Positions 26,748-36,139 of a stretch of 64,000 nt of DNA are shown piece by piece. Both the position numbers and the translations under genes were made by a program. Source of the DNA: an uncultured Actinomycetes bacterium. Lineage in GTDB: Bacteria; Actinomycetota; Acidimicrobiia; IMCC26256; PALSA-555. The notes beneath the pieces were generated by a model, which saw nothing but the letters and a program-made list of their open reading frames with translations, was not told the origin of the DNA and searched no databases. Location of the stretch: the NCBI GenBank assembly GCA_963821325.1, contig CAWGDC010000001.1:450178-514177 (forward strand). The letters run 5' to 3'. How positions within the stretch are numbered: position 1 is the stretch's first letter; each line of letters opens with the position of its first letter.

Positions 26748-28094
26748 TCAGGCGGCGGCGACGGGGATGCGCGGGAGGGCCTCGCCGCGGAGCCAGTGCG
26801 GCGCCGCGTCGGTGACCCGGACGTGCACGAGCGCACCGGCGTCGAGGCCCGGCCCGGACGTGACGTGCGCGAGCTTGCCTTGACGGGTGCGGCCGCTGAC
26901 CCGGCTCGGGTCGCGCTTCGAGGGCCCCTCGACGAGGATCTCCTCGACGCGCCCGATGCGGTCCCGGTGGCGGGCGAGGGCGTGGCGCTCGACGACGGCG
27001 GTGAGGCGTCGCATGCGGTCCTGCGCGACGTCGGCGGGGACGAAGTCGTCCTGGGCGGCGGCCGCCGGGGTTCCCGGTCGGGGCGAGAAGATGAACGTGT
27101 ACGCGGCGTCGAAGTCGGCGGCGTCGACCACGGCGAGGGTGGCGTCGAAGTCGGCGTCGGTCTCGCCGGGGAACCCGACGATGATGTCGGTGGTGACGGC
27201 CAGGTCGGGGATGGCCCGGCGGGCCGCGTCGAGCTTGGCGAGGTACCGGTCGGCGGTGTAGCCCCGGTGCATCTGGGCGAGGGTGCGGTCACTGCCCGAC
27301 TGCAACGGCAGGTGGAGCTGCTCGCACACCGCGTCGCACTCCGCCATCGCGGCGATGGTCTCGGGTCGCAGGTCCTTCGGGTGCGGTGAGGTGTACCGGA
27401 TGCGCCGAATCCCGGGGACGGCGTCGACGGCCCGCAGCAGGTCGGCGAAGCGGGGCCGGTACTGGCCGGCGCCCAGGTCGCGGCCGTAGGAGTTGACGTT
27501 CTGGCCGAGGAGCGTGACCTCGCGGACGCCGTCGGCCGCGAGATCCTCGATCTCGTGGATCACGTCGCCGAGCCGTCGGCTGATCTCCGGGCCGCGCACG
27601 ATCGGGACGATGCAGAACGTGCAGCTGTTGTCGCAGCCGACCTGGATCGTCACCCACGCCCGGTGGGTGCTCGCCCGGGCCGCGGGAAGCGCGGTGGGGG
27701 CGCCGTGCTCCTCCAGGATCTCCACGATCGGGCCGTCGCGGCGGGCCCGCGCGAGCAGCGTCGGGGCGTGCGCCAGGTTGTGGGTGCCGAACACGACGTC
27801 GACGTGCCCGGCCCGGGCCAGGACGTCGCCCCGGTCCTTCTGGGCCAGGCAGCCGCCGACGGCGATCTGGACGTCGGGGCGGCGGTCCTTCAGCGCCTTG
27901 AGGTGCCCCAGGGTGCCGTAGAGCCGGTTGTCGGCGTTCTCGCGGATGCAGCAGGTGTTGAGGACGATCACGTCGGCGGTATCTGGGTCGGCGGTCGGCT
28001 CGAGCCCGTCGGCACGCAGCAGCCCGGCCAGGCGCTCGGAGTCGTGCTCGTTCATCTGGCACCCGAAGGTGCGAATGTGGAAGCGCCTCGCCAT
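26748..28094 (-). CDS. miaB: tRNA-2-methylthio-N6-dimethylallyladenosine synthase MiaB (radical SAM methylthiotransferase)
   Basis: ORF 26748..28094 has the N-terminal Cys triad (FGCQMN, NTCCIRE, GGC), the radical-SAM motif CDNSCTFCIVP, and a TRAM-like C-terminus. Confidence 0.92.
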   Translation of the reverse strand: MARRFHIRTFGCQMNEHDSERLAGLLRADGLEPTADPDTADVIVLNTCCIRENADNRLYGTLGHLKALKDRRPDVQIAVGGCLAQKDRGDVLARAGHVDVVFGTHNLAHAPTLLARARRDGPIVEILEEHGAPTALPAARASTHRAWVTIQVGCDNSCTFCIVPIVRGPEISRRLGDVIHEIEDLAADGVREVTLLGQNVNSYGRDLGAGQYRPRFADLLRAVDAVPGIRRIRYTSPHPKDLRPETIAAMAECDAVCEQLHLPLQSGSDRTLAQMHRGYTADRYLAKLDAARRAIPDLAVTTDIIVGFPGETDADFDATLAVVDAADFDAAYTFIFSPRPGTPAAAAQDDFVPADVAQDRMRRLTAVVERHALARHRDRIGRVEEILVEGPSKRDPSRVSGRTRQGKLAHVTSGPGLDAGALVHVRVTDAAPHWLRGEALPRIPVAAA

Positions 28095-28137
28095 ACCCGT
28101 TCGAGTCTACGGGGCCGGTCTGTCAGGATCACCCGCC

Positions 28138-28860
28138 GTGCACGTCGGCGTGGGGGCGTTCGTGGTGGCCGCCACCGCGGTGTCGGTCGGTGCGATGGTC
28201 CAGGGGTCGATCGGGTTCGGCTTGAACCTGCTCTCCGCGCCGTTTGTCGCGATCGTCGTCCCGCGGGCGCTGCCGGCCACCCTGGTGCTCGTCGCGTTCC
28301 CGCTGGCCGTCACGCTCCTGGTCCGGGAGCACCCGCACGTGCATCGGCGGGCGCTGCCGTGGCTGGTGCTCGGCGCCGTCCCGGGCACGGCGGCCGGGCT
28401 GCTGATCGTCGGCCACGTGAGCAGCGTCGACCTGGCGATCGTCGTGGGGGGGATCACCCTGCTCGGCGTCGCGCTGAGCATCGTGTCGCCGCCCGTGGCG
28501 GTGACGCCGGTGACGGCGTTCGTCGCCGGGTTGGCGTCGAACGTGTTCGGGACGGCGTCGTCGGTGGGTGGGCCGCCGGTCGCGCTGCTGTTCCAGCACC
28601 ACCCGGGGCCGGCCGCCCGCTCGACGCTCAGCGCGTTCTTCGCGTCGAGCGCCCTGCTGTCATTGGTCGGCTACGTGCTCACCGGGAACATCACGGTCGA
28701 CCAGCTGCGGTTCGCCGCCGAGCTCCTGCCCTTCATGGTGGGCGGGTTCTGGATCAGCCGCCATCTCCGCGGCCAGATCGACCGTGGCTGGCTGCGTCCG
28801 ACGGTGCTCGCCCTGTCGGCGGCGGCGGGGACGGTGGCGATCCTGCGGGCCGTGCTGTAG
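28138..28860 (+). CDS. TauE/SafE family (sulfite-exporter-like) membrane protein
   Basis: ORF 27928..28860 was trimmed to in-frame GTG 28138 (after the divergent miaB start). It is multi-TM with MVQGSIGFGLNLLSAP... and ...GTASSVGGPPVALL... Confidence 0.7.
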   Translation: MHVGVGAFVVAATAVSVGAMVQGSIGFGLNLLSAPFVAIVVPRALPATLVLVAFPLAVTLLVREHPHVHRRALPWLVLGAVPGTAAGLLIVGHVSSVDLAIVVGGITLLGVALSIVSPPVAVTPVTAFVAGLASNVFGTASSVGGPPVALLFQHHPGPAARSTLSAFFASSALLSLVGYVLTGNITVDQLRFAAELLPFMVGGFWISRHLRGQIDRGWLRPTVLALSAAAGTVAILRAVL

Positions 28861-28869
28861 TGCAGCACG

Positions 28870-28900
28870 CCGGTGGCGGGAGCGTGACTCCCGCCACCGG
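28870..28900. terminator. strong hairpin between the convergent TauE-like gene and recA
   Basis: Perfect 13-bp stem CCGGTGGCGGGAG/CTCCCGCCACCGG with 5-nt loop CGTGA. It lies 10 nt after the TauE-like stop and 28 nt after the recA stop. Confidence 0.65.
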
Positions 28901-28927
28901 TCGTGCCGGGCTGGGCAGGGGGCAGAG

Positions 28928-31057
28928 CTAGGAGTCGACCTCGGCGGGTTCGGTGGTCTCCTCGGTGACGTCGACGGAGTCGTCGTCGTCGAGGCCGACG
29001 GCGGCCCGGATCTTCTCGCTGATCTGGACCATCACGTCGACGTTCTCGGTGAGGAACTGCTTGGCGTTCTCGCGGCCTTGGCCGAGCTGCTCGCCTTCGT
29101 ACGTGTACCAGGCGCCGGACTTCTTGGCGATGCCGAGGTCGACGGCGACGTCGAGCAGGGATCCTTCCCGGCTGATGCCGCGTCCGTACATGATGTCGAA
29201 CTCGGCCTGCTTGAACGGGGCGCTGACCTTGTTCTTCACGACCTTGACGCGGGTGCGGTTCCCGACGACCTCGGCACCGTCCTTGATCGATTCGACGCGG
29301 CGGATGTCGAGGCGCACGGACGAGTAGAACTTCAACGCCCGGCCGCCGGGGGTTGTCTCGGGGCTGTTGTGCACGACGACACCGTCGGCGAGGTAGTTGT
29401 GGCTGCCCTCGACTTCCAGGTCGAAGCGATGCATCGACCGCGTCGGCGGCTTCACCGCGATCCGCTCGATCGGGAGGGGCATCAACTCGTAGCGTGGCGT
29501 CACGAGCTGTGGGGCGACCGCGAACCGGCCGCGGTACCGGGGCAGCAGCTTGTACTCCATCGAGGGATGCACGAACGGTGCGATCAGGGCGTGGAGCTTG
29601 GCGGTCTCGTCTTTCGAGAAGCTGAGGTATGCCTGACCACGTGAGCCTCGCGGCGTCAGCGTAGGAGTGATCCCCCATGTGTCGCGGAGGTGGTCGACGA
29701 GGCGTTGGCGCGTCGTGGTCTCCATCGCCTCGATGCAGATCTCGGAGTGTCCGCTGCCGTCACGAGTGCGTTCCTGGCGCCCGGCTGCCCGGAGCGAGAA
29801 CGAGCCGTCGTCCATGTACCAGAGCGCGAGGGCAAGCGGGGTGAGGTGCTTCAGGTAGTCGTGGCTGAACGCCTTCTTGCCGTCGACGTAGACCGCTCGG
29901 CGTAGTTCGGCGAGCTCAGGGAGCGGTCGGACGTCGACGCGGGAGACGCCGTCGTCGCGCCGCGCCGACCGGCTGACACCGATGTTCTCGAAGAGCGTTG
30001 CCTTCCACTCGCAGTAGTCCGCCTGCTTCGGACCGTGACTGAAGCGGAAGCGCGCGCCGTGGCCGGATCGGGTCGGTGAGAGAGCCCCGTCGCCCATGAG
30101 CGAACCGAGAATGACCTCCCACTGGAAGTTGGACAGGTAGACGGGTACAGCTTGGAGTACCCGGTCGCCGGGCCGGAGGTCTTGAGCTTCTCGCCAGCCG
30201 GCCGGTGTCCGGATGCGGTGGTTGGCCGTCACGCCGAACTGGGCCTTGCCGTTCTTGCCCGGCTTCGCGACGGTGAACTGGAGGAACTGGTCAGTCGGGC
30301 CATTGTCGAACCAGTTGGTCACCTTCTTCGGCACGACCGCGCCCTGGTCGGGGTCGTACGAGAGGACCTCCACGGGGAGACGCTGATTCACGACCTTGCC
30401 GATCTTCTCTTGCGAGCCGTCCGCCAGGGTCACCCGCGTGTTGTAGGTGCAGCACCCGTAGATGACGCCGATCTTCTCCCGCAGCTGGTTGATGAACACG
30501 CAGATGGTGCGGGAGCGGTTGAGGTTGGCGGTGAGCTTGCGCAGCGCCTGGCTCATGAGCCGGGCTTGGAGGCCGACGTGGGTGTCGCCCATCTCGCCTT
30601 CGATCTCGGCGCGGGGGACGAGCGCGGCGACGGAGTCGATGACGACGACGTCGAGCGCGCTGGAGCGGATGAGCATGTCGGCGATCTCGAGGCCTTGCTC
30701 GCCGGTGTCGGGCTGGGAGATGTACAGGTCGTCGACGTTCACCCCGATCGCGGCGGCGTAGACCGGGTCCATGGCGTGCTCGGCGTCGATGTAGGCGCAG
30801 ACCCCGCCGTTGCGCTGGGCTTCGGCGACGACGTGCATGGCGAGCGTCGACTTGCCCGAGGCTTCGGGACCGAAGATCTCGACGACGCGGCCGCGTGGGA
30901 GGCCGCCGATGCCGAGCGCGAGGTCGAGGGCGAGGGCACCGGTGGAGATGGCCTCGACGCCGACGTTGCCCCGCTCGCCGAGGCGCATGATGGCGCCCTT
31001 CCCGTACTGCTTCTCGATCTGGCCGACGGCCATGTCGAGCGCCTGCTTGCGTTCCAC
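28928..31057 (-). CDS. recA: recombinase RecA, interrupted by an intein
   Basis: ORF 28928..31621 was trimmed to GTG 31055-31057 (AGGAGG 6 nt upstream): [27 protein letters not shown]...[14 protein letters not shown]...[12 protein letters not shown]...REKIGVIYG | intein | [23 protein letters not shown]... The upstream 188 codons of the ORF are Arg-rich junk. Confidence 0.95.
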   Translation of the reverse strand: MERKQALDMAVGQIEKQYGKGAIMRLGERGNVGVEAISTGALALDLALGIGGLPRGRVVEIFGPEASGKSTLAMHVVAEAQRNGGVCAYIDAEHAMDPVYAAAIGVNVDDLYISQPDTGEQGLEIADMLIRSSALDVVVIDSVAALVPRAEIEGEMGDTHVGLQARLMSQALRKLTANLNRSRTICVFINQLREKIGVIYGCCTYNTRVTLADGSQEKIGKVVNQRLPVEVLSYDPDQGAVVPKKVTNWFDNGPTDQFLQFTVAKPGKNGKAQFGVTANHRIRTPAGWREAQDLRPGDRVLQAVPVYLSNFQWEVILGSLMGDGALSPTRSGHGARFRFSHGPKQADYCEWKATLFENIGVSRSARRDDGVSRVDVRPLPELAELRRAVYVDGKKAFSHDYLKHLTPLALALWYMDDGSFSLRAAGRQERTRDGSGHSEICIEAMETTTRQRLVDHLRDTWGITPTLTPRGSRGQAYLSFSKDETAKLHALIAPFVHPSMEYKLLPRYRGRFAVAPQLVTPRYELMPLPIERIAVKPPTRSMHRFDLEVEGSHNYLADGVVVHNSPETTPGGRALKFYSSVRLDIRRVESIKDGAEVVGNRTRVKVVKNKVSAPFKQAEFDIMYGRGISREGSLLDVAVDLGIAKKSGAWYTYEGEQLGQGRENAKQFLTENVDVMVQISEKIRAAVGLDDDDSVDVTEETTEPAEVDS
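29366..30454 (-). mobile_element. RecA intein with LAGLIDADG homing-endonuclease domain (363 codons, single intact frame)
   Basis: Cys1 codon is 30452-30454 ([14 protein letters not shown]...). Block B is [10 protein letters not shown], and the LAGLIDADG motifs are [11 protein letters not shown] and [11 protein letters not shown]. It ends ...[11 protein letters not shown] (Asn 29366-29368), followed by Ser+1. The insertion point is between ...IGV(I/M)(Y/F)G and SPETT. Confidence 0.9.
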
Positions 31058-31163
31058 TGCGTCCTCCTGCGTCCCGGCGTCGTGTTGGTGTGCTCGACCT
31101 TCTACGTCGGGGGTGTGACGCGGCCGAGCGTAGCGGTTGCTTACAGACGTGTAATTACCGGCC

Positions 31164-31192
31164 AGCGTATGCGAACAGGCGTTCGGTTTCAA
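31164..31192 (-). promoter_or_regulatory. putative sigma-A-type recA promoter with the LexA box in the spacer
   Basis: The minus strand reads TTGAAA (31187-31192) - 17 nt (containing the LexA box) - TACGCT (31164-31169). The -35 hexamer overlaps the thpR stop codon. This is a prediction by eye only. Confidence 0.4.
31172..31185. promoter_or_regulatory. LexA (SOS) box upstream of recA
   Basis: CGAACAGGCGTTCG is a perfect GAAC-N4-GTTC site, about 115 nt upstream of the recA GTG. Confidence 0.8.
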
Positions 31193-31746
31193 GGACCCAG
31201 GGGGTGGCGGGCCCAGACGGTGTGGACGGCGCCGGTGGGGCGGGTGTCGCTCTCCACGACGGCGACGTCGGTGACGGGAAAGGGCGGCCCGATGGGGGTG
31301 GCGCCGAGGGCGTCGACGAGGCCGGTGACGGCCCGGGGGCGGGCGGCGCGGGCGATCGTGAGGTGCGGATGGTGGGGGCGGCCGTCGTCGGGGTGCCCGA
31401 GCGGGCGGGTGGCGTCGTGCACCGCGGCCGCGAGCGCGACGAGCGGGTCGGGCGGCTGGACCCCGACCCAGAGCACGGTGGCGCGTCGGGGGGACGGGAA
31501 CGCGCCGCCGCCGGCGAGCTGGGTGTCGAAGCGAGGCGACGCGGCGACGGCCGCGCCGACCGCGGCGGTGAGCGTCTCGGCGTCGTCGACCGCGCCGAGG
31601 AACTGCAGCGTGAGGTGCCACTGGGCGCGCGGCGTCCAGCGCAACGCCGGTTCGGTGGCGGCGAGGGCGGCGACGTGGGGCTCGAGCGCGTCGAGGACGG
31701 CCGGGGTGGGGACGACGGCGACGAACGCGCGTCGCAGCCGGGTCAC
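31189..31746 (-). CDS. thpR: RNA 2',3'-cyclic phosphodiesterase (2H phosphoesterase, ThpR/LigT-like)
   Basis: This is the tail of ORF 31189..32160 from GTG 31744-31746: [11 protein letters not shown]... It has two H-x-T motifs, HLTLQF and HLTIAR. The GTG overlaps the cinA stop (GTGA). Confidence 0.8.
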   Translation of the reverse strand: MTRLRRAFVAVVPTPAVLDALEPHVAALAATEPALRWTPRAQWHLTLQFLGAVDDAETLTAAVGAAVAASPRFDTQLAGGGAFPSPRRATVLWVGVQPPDPLVALAAAVHDATRPLGHPDDGRPHHPHLTIARAARPRAVTGLVDALGATPIGPPFPVTDVAVVESDTRPTGAVHTVWARHPLGP

Positions 31747-32987
31747 GGGAGGGCGTCGAGGCGGAGCCGCAGCAGGTTGAGGAGGGTGATGGTCGCGAAC
31801 TGGCGGACCCGGAACCGGTCGCCGGGCAGCCGGGTGGTGACGGCTTCCACGGGGGTGTCGGGCAGGGCCAGCCCGAACCACACCGTGCCGACCGGTTGTC
31901 CGTCCTGTTCGGTGGGTCCGGCGACGCCGGTGGCGGCGATGCCGACGTCGGCGCCGAGGACGGTCTGGGCGCCGACGGCCATCTGCTCGGCGCCGGCCTG
32001 GCTGATGACGTGCTCGGTGGTGACGCCGAGGACGGTGCGCTTCACCTCGGTGGCGTACGAGGCGATCGAGCCGCGGAAGGTGTCGCTCGCGCCGGGCGCG
32101 TCGGCGATGCGGGCGCCGACGAGGCCGCCGGTGAGGGATTCGGCGACGCCGAGCGTCCACCCGCGGGCGCGGAGCCGGGTGAGGACGGCGTGCTCCATCG
32201 TCTCGTCGTCGACGCCGAAGACGAGGTCGCCGAGCACCCGACGGAGCTGGCGTTCCTCGTCGGCGATGAGGGCCTCCGCCTCGGGCTCGGTGGCGGCCTT
32301 GGCGGTGATGCGCACGTAGAGGCCCTCGATGCCGCGGGCGAGGAAGGCGATCGTGGGGTTGGTCTGGGCGTCGACGCGGTCGGCGATCATCTCGGCGAGC
32401 CCGGATTCCGAGGTGCCCCAGGTCTTCAGGGATCGGGAGACGATGACGGCGCGCTCGCCGGAGCGGGCGAGGAGGTCGGGCAGCACGTGGTCGGTGACCA
32501 TCTGCTGCATCTCGTAGGGGACGCCGGGGACGGCGTAGACGACCTTGTCGGCGCCGTCGACGCGCAGGTCGCTGCGCAGGCCGGGGGCGGTGCCGATGGG
32601 GTTCGGGATGACGTCGCCGCCGACGGGGACGTCGGCTTGGCGGAGGTTGTTGTCGGGCATGTCGCGACCGCGGGTGCCGAAGAGGGCGGCGATCTGGTCG
32701 ACGAGCTCGGGTCGCCGCTCGAGGTCGACGCCCATGACGGCGGCGATGGCCTCGCGGGTGACGTCGTCGGGGGTCGGGCCGAGGCCGCCGCAGACGAGGA
32801 CGGCGTCGGCGTGGCGGAGCAGGTCGCGGAGCGCCTCGACCATGCGGGGGAGGTTGTCGCCGACCTTGCGGTGCTCGAAGCTGTCGATGCCGGCCGCGGC
32901 GAGCTGCTCACCGATCCAGGCGCTGTTGGTGTCGACGATCTGGCCGAGCAGCAGCTCGGTGCCGATCGCCAGGACGTCACATCTCAC
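31743..32987 (-). CDS. cinA: competence/damage-inducible protein CinA (MoCF-like domain + nicotinamide-nucleotide amidase domain)
   Basis: ORF 31743..32987 contains [29 protein letters not shown]...[18 protein letters not shown]... and the C-terminal ...[13 protein letters not shown]...GVAGP. Confidence 0.9.
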   Translation of the reverse strand: MRCDVLAIGTELLLGQIVDTNSAWIGEQLAAAGIDSFEHRKVGDNLPRMVEALRDLLRHADAVLVCGGLGPTPDDVTREAIAAVMGVDLERRPELVDQIAALFGTRGRDMPDNNLRQADVPVGGDVIPNPIGTAPGLRSDLRVDGADKVVYAVPGVPYEMQQMVTDHVLPDLLARSGERAVIVSRSLKTWGTSESGLAEMIADRVDAQTNPTIAFLARGIEGLYVRITAKAATEPEAEALIADEERQLRRVLGDLVFGVDDETMEHAVLTRLRARGWTLGVAESLTGGLVGARIADAPGASDTFRGSIASYATEVKRTVLGVTTEHVISQAGAEQMAVGAQTVLGADVGIAATGVAGPTEQDGQPVGTVWFGLALPDTPVEAVTTRLPGDRFRVRQFATITLLNLLRLRLDALP

Positions 32988-33627
32988 GTGGTGCGCTCGC
33001 TCCGGGCGTGGCGGGGCGCTCGAGCGTGAGGGCGTCGGGGTCGCGGGGGGTGTGGCGGGCGGCGAGGACGAGGTCGGCGGCGGAGAGCAGCGAGAGGACG
33101 ACCGCGACCCACAGCGTGGCGTGCCAGAGGTGCTGGAGGTTGCGGGCGGGCGGGAAGAGCACGAGGGCGACGACCGCGAACTCGACGGTGGCCTTCCACT
33201 TGCCGAGGCGGCGGGCCGGCACGGAGATGCCCTGCCGGCCGACGAGGGACCGCCACGCCGAGATCGCGACCTCGCGGCCGACGATGAGGAGCACGGGGAG
33301 CCAGGCGAGGTCGCCGCGGGCGGCGAGGGCGAGCAGCGCGCCGCCGACGAGGAGCTTGTCGGCGAGCGGGTCGAGGAAGGCGCCGGAGCGGGTGGCGCCC
33401 TCCCGGCGGGCGAGCCAGCCGTCGGCGAGGTCGGTGACCCAGAGCAGCAGCCAGCCGGTGAACGTCCCCCAGTTGGTGTGGCCGTGGCGGTGCTGGTCGA
33501 GGATCCAGATCAGCACCGGGATCGCGAAGATGAGGCGGCTGAACGTCACCGCGTTCGCCGGGGTCTTGATCGCGGTGTCGCCGAAGCGGCGGGCCCGCTC
33601 GGCGGGCGTCGGCGACCGGTCGCTCAC
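32977..33627 (-). CDS. pgsA: CDP-diacylglycerol--glycerol-3-phosphate 3-phosphatidyltransferase
   Basis: This is the tail of ORF 32977..35373 from GTG 33625-33627. The CDP-alcohol phosphotransferase motif is DLADGWLARREGATRSGAFLDPLADK, and the protein is multi-TM. The GTG overlaps the rimO stop. Confidence 0.88.
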   Translation of the reverse strand: MSDRSPTPAERARRFGDTAIKTPANAVTFSRLIFAIPVLIWILDQHRHGHTNWGTFTGWLLLWVTDLADGWLARREGATRSGAFLDPLADKLLVGGALLALAARGDLAWLPVLLIVGREVAISAWRSLVGRQGISVPARRLGKWKATVEFAVVALVLFPPARNLQHLWHATLWVAVVLSLLSAADLVLAARHTPRDPDALTLERPATPGASAPREM

Positions 33628-34943
33628 CCGAGCTCCTCGATCGGCTCGGCGACGACGTCGACGCCGAGCGCCTCGACGGCCTTGGCCCGCACGAGGCGGC
33701 CGATCGGGGTCGTGGCGCCCGGCAGGTGGACGCGGCCGTCGATCTCGGGGGCCTCGCGGTGGGTGCGGCCCCACGGGTCGCCGCGCTCGGGGTCGACGCC
33801 TTCGACGAGGACCTCGAGGTCGGCGCCGACGAGCGCGTCGCGTCGCGACGCGGTGATGGGGGCTTGGACGTCTTCGCACTCGGCGAGCCATTCCTGGCGG
33901 ACCGGGTCGGGGACGACGCCGTCCATCGTCGCCGCCGGTGTCCCCGTCTCGGGGGAGAAGGCGAAGAACCCGGCCCAGTCGAGCTGCGCCGCGGTGAGGA
34001 ACGCGAGGAGCGTGTCGTGGGCGGCTTCGGTCTCGCCGGGGAACCCGACGATGAACGACGACCGGAACGCCGCGTCGGGCCGCGCGGCGCGGATGGTGTC
34101 GAGGAGCGTGAGGAAGCGCTCGTCGCTGCCCCAGCGGGCCATGCGGCGCAGCAGCGCGGCGTCGGCGTGCTGCAGCGACAGGTCGAAGTACGGGACGGCG
34201 GTGTCGAGCTCGAGCAGGGTGTCGAGGAGCGCGCCGCGCACCTCGCTCGGGTAGAGGTAGAGGAGCCGGAGGCGGCGCAGCCCTTCGCCCGCCAGCTCGT
34301 GGTCGAGGCGGCGCAGGAGCGGGGCGAGCGCGCCGGGCTGGCCGGTGTCGCGCCCGTACCAGGCGACGTCTTGGGCGACGAGGACGAGCTCGGCGGCGCC
34401 GCCCTCGACGAGGGTGCGGCACTCGGCGACGATCGAGTCGGGGTGCCGGGACCGCTGCTTCCCGCGGAACGACGGGATGGCGCAGAAGCGGCACACCCGG
34501 TCGCAGCCCTCCGCGACCTTCACGTAGGCCCACGGGGCGCTCGGCGCGGCGCGGGGCAGCTCGAGGAGGTCGCGCACGCCACGGGGTGTCCGGCGGGGGG
34601 CGTCGACCGCGACGGCGGCGAGGTCGCCTTCGCCGGCGAAGCCGACGACGGCGTCGACCTCGGGGAGCGCGGCGGCGAGCTCGGGCCCGGATCGCTCGGC
34701 GAGACAGCCGGTGACGACGAGGCGGGCGCCGGGTCGGCGCACGTCGGCGAGCGCGAGGATGGTGTCGATCGATTCGCGGCGGGCGTCGGCGACGAAGGCG
34801 CAGGTGTTCACGACGACGAGGTCGGCCTCGTCGGGGCCGGCCGCGGGGGTCAGGCCGTCGTCGAGCAGGCTGGCCCGCACCTTCTCCGAGTCGACGGCGT
34901 TCTTCGGGCAGCCGAGGGTCTGCACCCAGAAGCGGTCGGACAC
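33624..34943 (-). CDS. rimO: ribosomal protein S12 methylthiotransferase RimO (radical SAM)
   Basis: ORF 33624..35090 was trimmed to GTG 34941-34943: VSDRFWVQTLGCPKN...NTCAF...TGC, the radical-SAM motif CDRVCRFCAIP, and a TRAM-like C-terminus. Confidence 0.9.
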   Translation of the reverse strand: MSDRFWVQTLGCPKNAVDSEKVRASLLDDGLTPAAGPDEADLVVVNTCAFVADARRESIDTILALADVRRPGARLVVTGCLAERSGPELAAALPEVDAVVGFAGEGDLAAVAVDAPRRTPRGVRDLLELPRAAPSAPWAYVKVAEGCDRVCRFCAIPSFRGKQRSRHPDSIVAECRTLVEGGAAELVLVAQDVAWYGRDTGQPGALAPLLRRLDHELAGEGLRRLRLLYLYPSEVRGALLDTLLELDTAVPYFDLSLQHADAALLRRMARWGSDERFLTLLDTIRAARPDAAFRSSFIVGFPGETEAAHDTLLAFLTAAQLDWAGFFAFSPETGTPAATMDGVVPDPVRQEWLAECEDVQAPITASRRDALVGADLEVLVEGVDPERGDPWGRTHREAPEIDGRVHLPGATTPIGRLVRAKAVEALGVDVVAEPIEELG

Positions 34944-34951
34944 AACGGGAG

Positions 34952-35413
34952 ATGGTACCGGTGCGCCTGCGCGACACTCGCCCGGTGCCTGGGACCACGA
35001 CCTGGTGGTGTCCGGTGTGTGGCGCGTCCGACCCGGGACCGGGCGCGTGCGCCCGCTGCGCGGTGGCGCGGGTGCGGGACCGTCCGGCACGCGGCGACGG
35101 GCTGGTGCCGCTCGGCGCGTGGCCGCGCCTCGCGGCGCAGATCCTGCGGGCGCGTCTCGAGTCGGCGGGGCTGGCTGTGCTGGCCGCGGGATCGGACCGG
35201 CCGGACGGGCTCGTCACGTTGGCGGTGGCGCCGGCCGACGTCGAGTTCGCGTCGGCGGTCGTCCAGGAGATCGAGGTCGACGACGAGGTCCCTGACACCT
35301 CCCCCCTGGCGTACGTGGCCCGCATCGAGGAGCATCTGTCGGTCGTCGCCGAGCTGCTCGACGAGCTGCGCACCCGCGTCGACGACCTCGAGGGCGGCGA
35401 TACCGGTCGGTAA
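34952..35413 (+). CDS. hypothetical protein with N-terminal Cys4 zinc-ribbon-like motif and a possible DUF2007-like domain
   Basis: ORF 34952..35413 contains WWCPVCG...CARC, then GLVPLGAWPRLAAQILRARLESAGLAVLAAG...LVTLAVAPADVEFASAVVQEIE. The opposite-strand ORF 34850..35461 looks like junk. The start lies only 8 nt from the divergent rimO start, so it is uncertain. Confidence 0.5.
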   Translation: MVPVRLRDTRPVPGTTTWWCPVCGASDPGPGACARCAVARVRDRPARGDGLVPLGAWPRLAAQILRARLESAGLAVLAAGSDRPDGLVTLAVAPADVEFASAVVQEIEVDDEVPDTSPLAYVARIEEHLSVVAELLDELRTRVDDLEGGDTGR

Positions 35414-35542
35414 CCTCCGGGGCCCCCGGATGGTCAGAGCACGTGGTTCGGTCACCAGCAACGACGCTGGCGCCGCCGCCGGCAGGCGGCCCTGCCGGCC
35501 TCGTGGGGGATGAGGCCGGTGGGGCGCCCCGGACGGGTCGGG

Positions 35543-36139
35543 TCAGGCCGCGCCGGACACGCGGCGCAGCGCCGCCTCGACGAGCAGCACGAGCGTCTCT
35601 TGCACGTGGGTGCGCCGCCGGGCGTCGCAGAGCACGACGGGGACGTTGGCGGGCACCGAGAGCGCCTCGCGGACCTCGCGGGGATGGTGGGTGGCGACGC
35701 CGTCGAAGAGGTTCACCGCGACGACGAACGGCACCTCGAGGTGCTCGAAGTAGTCGACCGCGGCGAAGCAGTCCTGGAGGCGTCGCGTGTCGACGAGCAC
35801 GACGGCACCCACCGCGCCGCGCACGAGCTCGTCCCACAGGAACCAGAAGCGGTCCTGTCCCGGCGTGCCGAACAGGTAGAGGACCATCTCGTCGTCGATG
35901 GAGATGCGCCCGAAGTCCATCGCGACGGTCGTGCCGCGCTTGGCGCCCGTGAGCGGGCCGGCGTGGTCGACGCCGAGGCTCTCGACGGTCATCTCGGCTT
36001 CGGTGCGCAGCGGCTCGATCTCGGAGATGGACCCGACGAAGGTGGTCTTGCCGACGGCGAAGCCGCCGGCGACGACGATCTTCATCGTGACCGGCGCGAC
36101 CGGGGAGCGTCCCGGTCGGCTAAAGGGCGCGGATGCCAT
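35543..36139 (-). CDS. cvnD: conservon small GTPase (CvnD-like ATP/GTP-binding protein)
   Basis: ORF 35543..36139 contains KIVVAGGFAVGKTTF (P-loop), LFGTPGQDRF and AVNLFD. The alternative start ATG 36085 lacks an SD sequence, while ATG 36139 has GAGAGG upstream. Confidence 0.85.
   Translation of the reverse strand: MASAPFSRPGRSPVAPVTMKIVVAGGFAVGKTTFVGSISEIEPLRTEAEMTVESLGVDHAGPLTGAKRGTTVAMDFGRISIDDEMVLYLFGTPGQDRFWFLWDELVRGAVGAVVLVDTRRLQDCFAAVDYFEHLEVPFVVAVNLFDGVATHHPREVREALSVPANVPVVLCDARRRTHVQETLVLLVEAALRRVSGAA

Noticed and set aside
31058-31621. 188-codon N-terminal extension of the recA ORF (ATG 31621)
   Set aside because: The extension is almost pure Arg/Pro/His. It overlaps thpR and the recA promoter and LexA box. 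A GTG with an AGGAGG SD at 31057 gives a canonical RecA N-terminus.
32977-35373. 798-codon minus-strand ORF that looks like one giant gene
   Set aside because: Only its last 216 codons (pgsA) are real. The remainder is out-of-frame read-through of rimO and the intergenic region, with Arg/Pro-rich composition.
34850-35461. 203-codon minus-strand ORF upstream of rimO
   Set aside because: It is Arg/Pro/Asp-rich and antisense to the better-looking plus-strand zinc-ribbon ORF. It would also overlap the rimO start region in another frame.
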